A stretch of 63,774 bases of DNA, filler included, from Dugesia japonica (lineage: Eukaryota), in NCBI GenBank assembly GCA_001938525.1. It is 5 parts of 5 records of this genome, joined end to end, with 100 filler letters (N's around TTAATTAATTAA, not from the genome) between each part and the next. Parts side by side here need not be neighbours in the genome. Positions count along the whole stretch, not along the records: positions 49,059 to 63,774 come from MQRL01648040.1; 4 more parts are not named here. One strand, written 5' to 3'. Both the position numbers and the translations under genes were made by a program. Below, in pieces: positions 49,059 through 60,600 of the stretch. Numbering within the stretch: the first letter of the stretch is position 1; every line of letters begins with the position of its first letter. The notes below the pieces were generated by a model, which saw only the letters and a list, made by a program, of their open reading frames with translations, was not told where the DNA came from and ran no database searches.

Positions 49059-52000
49059 GAACACAGTTAGAAACTGACAAAATGTGACATAGACATTCGA
49101 TATTGGTTGGAAACCTATATTTGAGTAGTGTCACACAGTAGTGGCGCCATATGTTTTTCTTAGAAAAATACGTCTATAAATTCATAATGATTCATGATGC
49201 ACTTAGGATTAATACTAACATTAAATCACAGTGATTATTAAATGTAATAAAACCCAAAAAAAAATTATGAAAATTTTAATTATGTTTTTAATTTGTTAAT
49301 TTTGTTTACCTTCTATCACTATTTTTTATATTTCATTTTCACATATTCATTAAATGTCAATTACGTATTTTCCGTTGTTATTTACAGCTTATTCCCAAGG
49401 TATAACAGGGTTTTCAATGCCTCGACAATAAAACATTACCGATCTTGACACGAAGAACCAGTCTAATTAAGTTCTTAATTCTACGTCATTATTAAACGAA
49501 ACTCCGTAAAAATTGTTGAAGAGCGATATAAAACAAAATTCGTAGAGTATGGCGGATTCGGCAGGACTTCTTAATTAAGCATTCAAATGAAGATTTTTGT
49601 CTATTAGCTATCTTAAAACTAGCGTTCTTGTGTTGAAAAAGGATGCCATAATATGTCAATTGATGAATCGCGTCATTGAAGCAATGCATTTATTGAACAT
49701 GGATATTTGTGTTGACTCTCTCCTCGTTAGCAAGAAATTNATAAAAATAAGACTTCCTAATTTTACCCTACAGATATTATAATATTACAATGATGAAGTT
49801 CTTGTTTTCCTCGTGGTGTTGTCTGTATACAGTGATATACACATACTTCCCATTCTGTCGCCGAAAACGCAGTGCTAAAAAAAGTTGGTCATGAACATAA
49901 TTTTACTGAGCCAAAAAAATCTGTTACAATCAAGGAACTTTTAGGTTTGTTGTTTTCACTGAAAACGTATTTAACCAACGAATCGGGTTTTTGGAATTTA
50001 TCATCGAATAAAGATATTATACTACAGTCTTCTGATTGCATGTCAATTATTCCGCTAATTTTCTTGTAGACTGACGCGAATTTTCATGAAGAGAATATGC
50101 TTTATCAGATCTTCGTCTAATCCAATGGAGTAACTGAAAGTATCATATCCTTCTGATTACAATTACAGAAGTGAAATGTTATTCTTTCTGATCTAGTGTT
50201 TTCTCCGTGAGAAGCACAAATCTTACGCAGCCTTGACAACATTCTTGACTTTTCGTCATTTTCGAAAGCAATAAGTTTTGAAAATGCTCATTTTCTTCAA
50301 CTTAGTATTACATTTTAATTACTAAATAAAAGAAAATTTAAATGTCCTCTTAAATTTAAAAATACTAGAACGTAGTTGAAATATTTTACTTTCAAATAAA
50401 ATAGCAATTACTAAAACATTTCTTTTGTCGGTTATTTTACAATTTAAAATAAAATGCAGTGACTTTTGCCTCATTACAATAGAATGTATTGTTTATTTCA
50501 ATATATGTGAATATATGTCTATAACTTTGATAATGTTCATTCATAAAGTTGAATAATAGTTAAAAAGTAGAAATCATAATTACAGATAATTATACCAACT
50601 TCAGAAAAACTTTAATAATCCCTGAATTTTAAAATCGAAAATCTTCAAATATTTTACATGAATATGAACACAATACATTTTCATATAATAATAGTAGTGC
50701 TCTTTAGATATAAATCATTTATATTCAAAAAATATCTTAATGAGATTCATAGAAATTGATAAACATTTATTTAATAATACAAAATAATGAATAATTGAGA
50801 TTAGCAGCCATATTTGATTAGCATTATAAAATTTTTATATTTGCACAATAACGACGCCGATCAAACATTTCATACATACAGAGATCATCTATATTAACCA
50901 TAAGTTAATTTTCACTCACTCAAACAGGTGTTAAACTTATCGCTAAATGAAAGCTATGAAAAATATTTTGTTTTACTGTAATTTACAAAAATTGTAAATA
51001 AAAATATCTGTACTATAAAATATAAATAACAAACTTTGTAAAAATATAAAATATTTTATGTTTCCAGATGATTTGTAACCAAATTAATATTAGAAATAAA
51101 ATATTTTTGTTATTAAAATTGTGTTAAATTAATTGTTCTGATATCAAGTCTGTCACATCAATAGTCATCAAATTTACTATATTTGATCTCAAATTTCAAA
51201 TTAACCCATTAACGCAACATTAACATATTTTTTTAAAAATGCAGATATTACAGTTTAAGAAACAAACGTTTTATAAATCAAATAATAAACATTTAATAAA
51301 ACTATCTGAATGCTTTTATTCTATATAACACGTTTTTTTTATTTTTTTACGTCTCTTTTAAAACTGACTAAACATTGGTTAAGACAACTTGAAATAATCA
51401 TAAAATTGAATAAAGCAAATAATAAAGCAAATAGAGTAATAAATTACTCTACAAATAAAAGCATTCATTGTTCACACTTATCTAATTGGAATTAATATCA
51501 TAACCAGCAATACAATTAAATCTTTTTGTTGAAATATAAAGTAATTATAAGTNNNNNNNNNNNNNNNNNNNNNNNNNNNNNNNNNNNNNNNNNNNNNNNN
51601 NNNNNNNNNNNNNNNNNNNNNNNNNNNNNNNNNNNNNNNNNNNNNNNNNNNNNNNNNNNNNNNNNNNNNNNNNNNNNNNNNNNNNNNNNNNNNNNNNNNN
51701 NNNNNNNNNNNNNNNNTAATTTTTTAGTTGCAAACTCATGGCAGATATATTAAGATCACTGTTAGCCTCTGCTATACTTTTTGAAGTTTCCATCTATAAA
51801 TATTTATTAATAAGTTAAGTAATTCTAGTGAAAAAATTATTATATCACAACATAACAATATTAAAACAANNNNNNNNNNNNNNNNNNNNNNNNNNNNNNN
51901 NNNNNNNNNNNNNNNNNNNAAAAAAATAAATAAATAAAAAACTTAATAATAAATAATAATTTTTTATAATTTTTAATACATTTTATTAAATTAAAAGCTT

Positions 52001-52329
52001 CGATTAAAATATTTTTTTATATTTTCCATAATTTTTTAGTTGCAAACTCATGGCAGATATATTAAGATCACTGTTAGCCTCTGCTATACTTTTTGAAGTT
52101 TCNATCNATAAATATTTATTAATAAGTTAAGTAATTCTAGTGAAAAAATTATTATATCACAACATAACAATATTAAAACAATTAATTGTTTTAATTATTT
52201 TCTTTTTTTTATTTGAAATTTTTTCAATTATTATTACATAAAACTTTTATGAAACTTTTCATTAAATTTTTATGATGGATATTAAAACATCCTAACAATC
52301 ACTATTAAGTTTCATTCCAGCGCATTTGA

Positions 52330-52850
52330 AGAATAGTAAAGAGTTTACTGGACGAATTCGAAATTATTACTGACAATANTCACATCAACAAAATTAAAAT
52401 TACTAAAACTGTAACAAGATTCATGTTTGCAAACAATTGATGAATTTGGTTCATTAGATGTAACAAATGGATCAATTCCAATTGAAGGACCTGAAAATGT
52501 CATTGATATTGTAAGTGACTTCTTTAAAAGATGTAAAGAACATACAGGTATTCGAGAGATTAGTAAAAGTGATTTCAAATGTCTTATTAATTTGTGTCTC
52601 TTCTCGGATAGCATTTTCATCGGTGAACAACTTTTTAAACAAAAAGGTGGTCTTGCAATGGGTTACAGTTAATCTCCCATTAATTCAAAAGAAGACTGGT
52701 GAAATATTAACTACCCAATTATATATTGTGAATGATATATATTAACTTGAAGTAGTAATTTTTGTGGTCCAAAATGCGTTTGTGATGGTAGAAATATATG
52801 CAATAAGAAAAATTGTCACTTATAAAATAACATATACCATTTGCAAAGAA

Positions 52851-52887
<37 letters not shown>

Positions 52888-53170
52888 AAACATGTAGAAC
52901 CATTCGAACAAGAATGAACATCTCAAGCAAAAAGAAAGTGAAGTTCTCAAACACTTTCTACACAATTAAAATTATTTCGAGAATAATTGTAGGACTTAAC
53001 CTGGATCGTATTTAAGATTTCATTGAAATAATCGTTTCGATAAAATTAAATTACTGTTTTATAAATATTCGAATTTTCAACCATTGTCTTATTCCTGAAG
53101 AAAACAATAATCAAAAATTCGAATATCTATAAAACAACAAATTATTTTGATTGAAGCTATTATTCCAATA
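52330..53170 (+). mobile_element. Penelope-like retroelement relic (RT, GIY-YIG endonuclease, inverted pseudo-LTR)
   Basis: RT: FGSLDVT..IP...LINLCL..FKQKGGLAMG. Endonuclease: C.C...C.KK.VTYKI...C..IYI..ETCRTIRTR..H. Inverted repeat about 53015-53170. Confidence 0.85.
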
Positions 53171-54058
53171 AAAACTTTCTACACAAACAAAATTTTACCA
53201 TAACATCATATAACATAGAAAACACTACGAACAAGTTACATTTCCACACTTCACAGAAAGAAACATGAAGAATTACTAATTAAAGAAGATAAACCTAAAA
53301 TCAATGCAATTTATAATAATTAAAATAAAATTTAATAAAATAAATAAATTCCAAAACTTTTTCTATTACTCTAATAAACCTTGAANNNNNNNNNNNNNNN
53401 NNNNNNNNNNNNNNNNNNNNNNNGAAGTATTAAAAACAACTAAAAAATTATAAATATAAAATATAACATTTTGATCGAAGTTTTTAATTTAATGAAATCA
53501 GAAATACTATTAATGGTTAAGTCCAACAATTATTCTCGCAATAATTGTAATTACATAACATTTTATATTTATATTTAACAGAAATTAACTATTTTGAATA
53601 ATATGATATCAATTTAACATCAACTCATCCAAAAATGAACCATTCATTTATAAAATGAATTTTGACCACCAGATTATTTTCNNNNNNNNNNNNNNNNNNN
53701 NNNNNNNNNNNNNNNNNNNNNNNNNNNNNNNTTCTAAAAATTTTTCTAAATTTCTCTTAAATCTCTTAAAAGTATTATTACAGAAAATTATATTGCCGTT
53801 CTTTTCATATTTATTCAAACGATTACTATTTAATTAACTATAATTCGTAACTAATTTACAAAAATGACACCTTGTCTCTCATATGGTTAACACTAAACTA
53901 ACATCAATTAAGTTTAATTACATAGTTTTAAAATAGTTCTAAATATATTGCTAAGTCAATTAATAAGTTAGTGCTTAAAAAAAATTTTAAATTTAACTAA
54001 TGCCATTTTAATTTTCACTTAAATACTTTATAAACTTCAGAATAACGTATTTTAAATA

Positions 54059-54396
54059 CAGTGCAGTCCCGTTAACCCGCGCCTCGTTAACCCACGGTTC
54101 TGCTTAACCCGCGGTTCTGCCTTGGCACCCGAATTTACACATACATGGACTATTATGAACAAAAGGGCATTCAGACCCGAGTCCTGCAAGCAAGAACTAT
54201 GNNNNNNNNNNNNNNNNNNNNNNNNNNNNNNNNNNNNNNNNNNNNNNNNNNNNNNNNNNNNNNNNNNNNNNNNNTGATTGTTTGTTATATTTGTACATAT
54301 ATGTATTAATAATAAATGTATTTTGTTTGTTTTGTACATTTTCTTTCTTTTTTGTTAAATGACAAATATAACTCGCGCTTCACTTAACCCGATGGG
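54059..54396. mobile_element. pogo/Tigger-like MITE fragment
   Basis: TA+CAGTGCAGTCCCGTTAACCCGCG start with repeated TTAACCCGCG subterminal motifs. The right end falls in a gap. Confidence 0.6.
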
Positions 54397-54499
54397 NNNN
54401 NNNNNNNNNNNNNNNNNNNNNNNNNNNNNNNNNNNNNNNNNNNNNNNNNNNNNNNNNNNNNNNNNNNNNNNNNNNNNNNNNNNNNNNNNNNNNNNGCTT

Positions 54500-55590
54500 T
54501 TTAAATAAAACACAAACTACTTATTTATTTATCCACATTTCTTTTGTCTCCTTCAAAGTTATATCATCAAGTTACAACACACATTTGCCAACGTGGAATC
54601 CAATCTTTGAAACACCTTTTATTTTCCATTTTTTGAATTTTCATCAGATCAACATTCGATTATTGTTTTATTGATTCCAGTGACTCAAATAGGATATCTC
54701 GAAGTGGTTTCTTTAATTGATTAGACAGGAAAAATTGCATGGAAACATATCTGGAGATTATGGTGCTTGTGAAGCAATATTTGGCGAGAACCTCGTGAAT
54801 AAACAGGTGTAATGCAAAATCCATAAATTCTTTGTCTATTAATCTGGTCTATTTTGTCGATAATTTTTACCGTGAATTAAAGTTTTCCATTGTTCCAGAA
54901 ATTCATGATGCACCAAACCTCAATAATTCTTAGTGAGTAAACCCTTTGCTTTAGATTGAATTCGATGAACTTCTTTTTTGTTTTGGTTCATTTGCAGCAT
55001 GCCATTCACTTTCCTGTTGTTTTGTTAACATGTTAAACCAGTAAGCCCAAGTATCGACTTCAATAATAATACGTTGGATGAACGTTGTTTACTTGTTCAA
55101 GAAAATTTTTATAAAAATGAACGCGATGTTGTTTTTGCAAAAGATTCAATGATTTCGGAATAAGTTTTGCTACCAAACTCTTCAAGCCCAAAACATCAGT
55201 TAAAATTACGGGTGCTGAATCTGCCAATATGACATCTTCAGCAAGCTTTCTCGCAGTCATATGACGATTTTTCATTATTTTCCTTTTAATTTCTTTGGCA
55301 TTTTCTTCAATTTTTCATNNNNNNNNNNNNNNNNNNNNNNNNNNNNNNNNNNNNNNNNNNNNNNNNNNNNNNNNNNNNNNNNNNNNNNNNNNNNNNNNTT
55401 CCTCAACGGTGATTGATTACCAAATGCTTTGTGAATCACTTTGAGCGTAACCTTAATTTTATTTACTTTTCAAAATTTTGATGCAACTTTTTTGTTCAAA
55501 TATATAGCCTTGCCTCTCATATGGTTAACACTAAACTAACATTCAATTCAGTTTAATTACACAATGTCAAAATAGTTGTAAATTTACTTA
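54500..55590 (-). mobile_element. Mariner remnant (irritans/vertumnana-like)
   Basis: ILTDVLGLKSLVAKLIPK, DTW.Y..TKQQ.SEW and AP.SPDMFPCNFFL. The 5' subterminal region 55509-55583 recurs at 53870-53943. Confidence 0.8.
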
Positions 55591-55653
55591 CTAATTTTAT
55601 TTTTTGAACACAACAATACTTAATTATAACCATTAATTATAACCCTTATAATA

Positions 55654-56722
55654 TCAGGTGTCTAAATAAGTTTTTTCCGATTTTTTAAAAAAAATTAAAA
55701 GTCAACATTTTTAATTTTAGATATAATTTATTAATTATTCATCGAAATAGAATCCATCACATTGTATCCCTTTGTTCCAATGATTTTGCAACTCGATAAC
55801 ACCAATTTTATAGAATTTTGTTGTCTTACTGAGGAAGAAATCGGAAACTTCAGCTTTCAGCTCCGTTTCATTTTTGAACATTTTTGTCATCTGACAAGTC
55901 CATCAAACACACAGTAAAAGCTTCTTCCAGAATAGTTCAGCCCTTGGAACTTGTGGCAAAAGATCTGTAGGAGATAATCAATAATATGCTCTCTATTGAT
56001 TTGACAAGATTATATATTTTTCATCGAAACTCGAAATTCTATTGAAAGAGAATACACTTCTTATTGTAGGAAATCTCTCAATGAATACAGAGATAAGAAA
56101 TATGACTCACCGGAGTTTAATCTTATTGATAAGCCTGGTTACACACCTCATGGTAAGAAACATGAATTGATGGCAAAGAAAGCCAAATCAGGAATTGAAA
56201 AATAGCTTTATTTTAGCCGATTAAAATGAAAAGTGCATATTGTCAGTCGTTGGAATCTGTTCTCTGGTGTAAAGTCATATGGAACCCATTTGCTTAATTT
56301 TCATCTCTTTCCTATTTAATACATATGCAATCTTATTATTACTTCGTTGAGATTAAATGTCAAACCCAGTTCCTGACATGTCAGATTCGAATGTGACTAA
56401 GATTACCTTTCTCAATTTATCATCAGAAACTGGTTCGTTTCTTTACTGATCTTCTTCAAATGCAAAACAAATCTTTCGACAGGCTTCTGTGGACACAAAC
56501 TCAAGCTTAAACTCATACAATAAGCACGAACGAATGATTGATTTTCTGTCCGCCTTTTTAACTAATTCAAAATTTTAAATATGAGATCATAATATTTAAA
56601 ATATAAAAATACATGATCTATTTAAAGTAATATATTCAAACAAATTGTTTTCTTAAGGAAGAAATAAATTATTTTGTGAAAAGTAAATTTGAAAAATCGG
56701 CAAAAACTTATTTGGATACTGC
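55654..56722 (-). mobile_element. Decayed mariner (cecropia/elegans-like) with both TIRs
   Basis: TIRs TCAGGTGTCTAAATAAGTTTTTTCCGATTTTT / AAAAATCGGCAAAAACTTATTTGGATACTG, with IRSCLLYEFKL..ACRKIC.AF and WVPYD motifs. Confidence 0.8.
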
Positions 56723-57092
56723 TATTAAAGTAGAATTTTAGGGTTTTAAGCTTTTATTATCTTTTATTCNNNNNNNNNNNNNNNNNNNNNNNNNNNNNNN
56801 NNNNNNNNNNNNNNNNAAAGAAATTTGTAAAAAGAATTTCTAAAGTTTATTTAGTTGAACAGAAGGATTTATTTATTTAGTTGAACACAATTATAATACC
56901 AAATATTTAAATGATCTATGATATTTCTTTATTCCAAAATAAAGATCAACTGTAAAATCTCACTGGCATAAATTAAATGTAGATTATATATTGTAAATTA
57001 TATGACAATATATGTCTACACAAAGTTTCAAACCTATTTACACAAGTTATTGTCTGAATTCAAAATCGGTCTTGTGAATTCACAGATTTTCT

Positions 57093-57436
57093 TTATATTA
57101 GCCTTGTGTCTGTTTCAATATGACTCGATATGTTTTTGTCAACTCCAGACAGAAGTAAAAAGAAATTTGCAGAGTTATTAACAGTCTCTGTATATTTTGT
57201 AAAACTTCCAGTGATCGCTAAAAAATAAGAGCCTATGTTAACAACTGCTTGAATAATTAGCAAAGGTTTAACAGTATATCTACTTTTTATAATCTCCATG
57301 TAGCTAACTACAGGACTTACACAAGTGTAAACTAAAACAAAAATCCCTAAAGGTGAATTTACTCCACGTCCACAATGGTTCTTTGACGTATGTGAAAAAC
57401 CAAATTCGTCCGCCTCAAATACAAGCCTAGAACCAT
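57093..57436 (-). CDS. Candidate exon of unknown function
   Basis: AG-preceded open frame of about 114 codons (GSRLVFEADEFGFSHTSKNHCGRG...DTRLI*). No family recognised. Confidence 0.4.
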
Positions 57437-57682
57437 CTAAAGATATAGGATTTTTTTATAAATTGGGACATATTTCACAAAAAAAAATGTACAAATCTAC
57501 AATTGTATTTTTCTCAAATATTCAACTATCTTTTCTTTCTCCGATATTTTCAGTTTATTAATATTTAGCGTGGGATTAAATTTGTAATCTCAAATTTAAA
57601 TTTCAAAATCAATTATAGAATCTCCACCCAATATTGATTTGGTTGTCTAATAAGTGATCCATATAAAAAAATCATTTAACTA

Positions 57683-60600
57683 CTAAAGAAGATCCTTTTT
57701 ACTAGAGCCACTAAACTCATAACTCTGATATTAAATACATCTTAAAAATGAAATATAAAAAAGTAAACATAACGTACTTCAATTGGAGCCCATGACGGAG
57801 CATAATTTGTTATTTCAATATTTAAATCAGAATTACTAATGTCTATATCAAGTATCTCAGATTGTGATGCATCATGAAATTGCCAATTTGATAAATCTTC
57901 AAAATTAAAATCTCCCGATATATCAATAGAATCATCGCATGTAAGATTGTTACTCTGAAATGACGTATCAATGTCTAAGCTACCATCGATATCAGTCCAA
58001 TAAACGTAATCATTGTAATTAAAACTATCAACATAATTCTTTGAATCAATAAGGAAACTGAAAAAAAGCATTCATTTTAATTAATATTTGTAAAAATGTA
58101 TTAAAAACGTATTAAAAGAAAATAGTTGCTATCAGCCAAAATAAATTTATTTACTTTGGTAACATGCAACAAAAATATAAAAACGCCTATGAAATAATAT
58201 TCGAAAAGCTTATGAAATAAATATTATCAGAGTAAATTATGATAACTTAATCTAGTTATTTGTAACATGAATTCCGAATTTTTAAGAGAACATTGCACAT
58301 TACTTGGAAGCCAATATAAAATGAGCTTACGTAACAAGTTCATGATACCAATTCTGCTGATAACTATTTTAATTTAAATTAAAATATTTCATTATATATT
58401 TGCTTTATATTCACAGCATTTTAGAATTAATTATGATAAGAATAGGTTAATTGCAGTATTAAATCTTTTGACATTTCTACTTCGATTTGTAAAATTTTTA
58501 AAAAAAAATAACATAAAATAATTTGAAAATAAATAAAAAATTTGTTAAAAACATGGTAAAAATAATTTTTAAATTTTAAAATACTTTTTAAAATAACCCG
58601 TTTTTTAAATAAAAATTTATAACAATTTATTGGTTATAATTTTTTTGCAATACTTTTTTGGACTAAAATCAGAAATTTTTAAATTTGATAATTATAAAAC
58701 TTTATCTTAAAAATTGAAGTTAAATTTCAGATTATTTTGAGTTCTTTAATTTTATTTTAAAAATTCAAGGATATTAAAGATCTTTTAAATTCTACAGAGC
58801 GTCTCGCCTAACACGTTTTATTTTAAAATATTAACTTGTGGTTATCTTGAAAACCTAGAAATATATAATGATTTATTAATGAAACAGAAGTATATTTATT
58901 TATTTATAAATATAATATATGAAATATTAGGTATAGCTGTTAATTCTGCGGAAATCTTTGTTTATATTTTTTGTCACTGTCATATTGATTTATCGATTGT
59001 TTTTATTAGTTTTAGAACTTTTATATTCAAGCTTGTCAAATCCGCAATTGCAATAAATTGTAACAGTGAAATTTTCAAATTATTAGCCATTAAAGATGTC
59101 AAAATATGAACCAACAAAAGAGAATTTGCGGTATTCATTGCTGTTGTTATTCAACCTAGAGAAAACTCCATCTGAAAGCTATCGTCTAATNTTGGAAACA
59201 CTGGGTGGTATTGCTCCATACCAAGACACCTGCTTTATATTCACAACATTTTAGAATTAATTATGATAAGAATAGGTTAATTGCATTATTAAATTTTTTG
59301 ACATTTCTACTTCGATTTTTACAATTTTTTTTTAATATATTGAAACCTAGTAAAACAGTCGACGCTAATCGTTATAAACAACAATTGATCCAACTTAATA
59401 TTTGATTGAAGCAAATCGATCAGAATGAACTCATATACATGGTAAGGTGATTTTGTTGCATGACAATGCTCGACCTCATGTTGCAAAATCGGTCAAGGAA
59501 TCGTTAAAAGTGTTTGAATGAGACGTCTTACCCAACCTGTTATACTCACCAGATATGGCTCCATTTGATTATTTCTTGATAAGATCGATGATAAACGGAT
59601 TTTCTGAAAAACGCTTATAGAATTATGAAGACATCGAAAAATAGCTTGATGATTGAATTTAGTCTAAAGAAAACTTTTTCTAAGTAGTATTCATAAGTTA
59701 CTAGGAATTTGGAGAAATGTTGCACCCAACAATGGGAAATATTTTTAAATAAATGTGTTATGTAAATGTATTATTATTAAAACAAGCATGTGTTTTGATT
59801 TTTAAAAAAATCCAGAGAATTAACGGCTAGACCTAATATATATTTGCTTTATTGAAATTGGAATTAGTTATAAAATAAATTACCATTAAATATGTTAATT
59901 TCACAAACTCATTATTTATATCGGATATTCTATTTTAAAAGACGACAATTTTCCCTTTAATTTTATGATTTTCGGCTAAACAGTTACATTATAAAAAGAA
60001 TTATTATTATTTATTTAGTTGGAAAGAAAGAAATTTAAAAAAATATTATAATCACCAAATATTTGATGGCCTATGATATTCCTTATTATAAATTTACCTC
60101 AACTACCAAACACGATATTTTATAAAGAAAAACTTATCAACTTAATGAATTTAAATATAAAACTAAATAACTTTTTTAATGTTTAAAGTCATTTAGTAAA
60201 GTGTTGTTATTGGCAGAAAATTATGGATTATATTTTTTCTGGCGCAAAAAAACGATAATATTGCGAGTAAGCTATCAGCGTGGTTGTGAAGAACTTGAGG
60301 TGTTCGTTTAAGAAGTGGAAGATTTGGTTGATAAATTTTTAGCAAATGGAGAGCTTACGCAAGAAAAACTCTTGTCAAAAATGCTCATAATTTTCGCAGA
60401 TAGTAAAAAATCAGAAGAAGAGATAATCATGCGGAAATTGGAGAAAGTTGAAGACATAAAAGACACACTATCACTAGTTGAAAAAATAGAAAGAAAAAAA
60501 CCTATTAACGTTGTGAAGATTATGACAATAAATTATGACAATAATAATAACGATAGCAAATAAATTTATCAATTTCAATAACAGCATTAACTCGATAAAT

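Noticed and set aside
49400-50070. Possible piggyBac relic (MSIDES-like motif)
   Set aside because: Only one short motif, with no TTAA or TIR found; too weak without a search.
51717-52180. About 150-bp direct duplication (51717-51869 / 52029-52181)
   Set aside because: The copies are essentially identical and flank a gap, so this is most likely an unmerged contig overlap.
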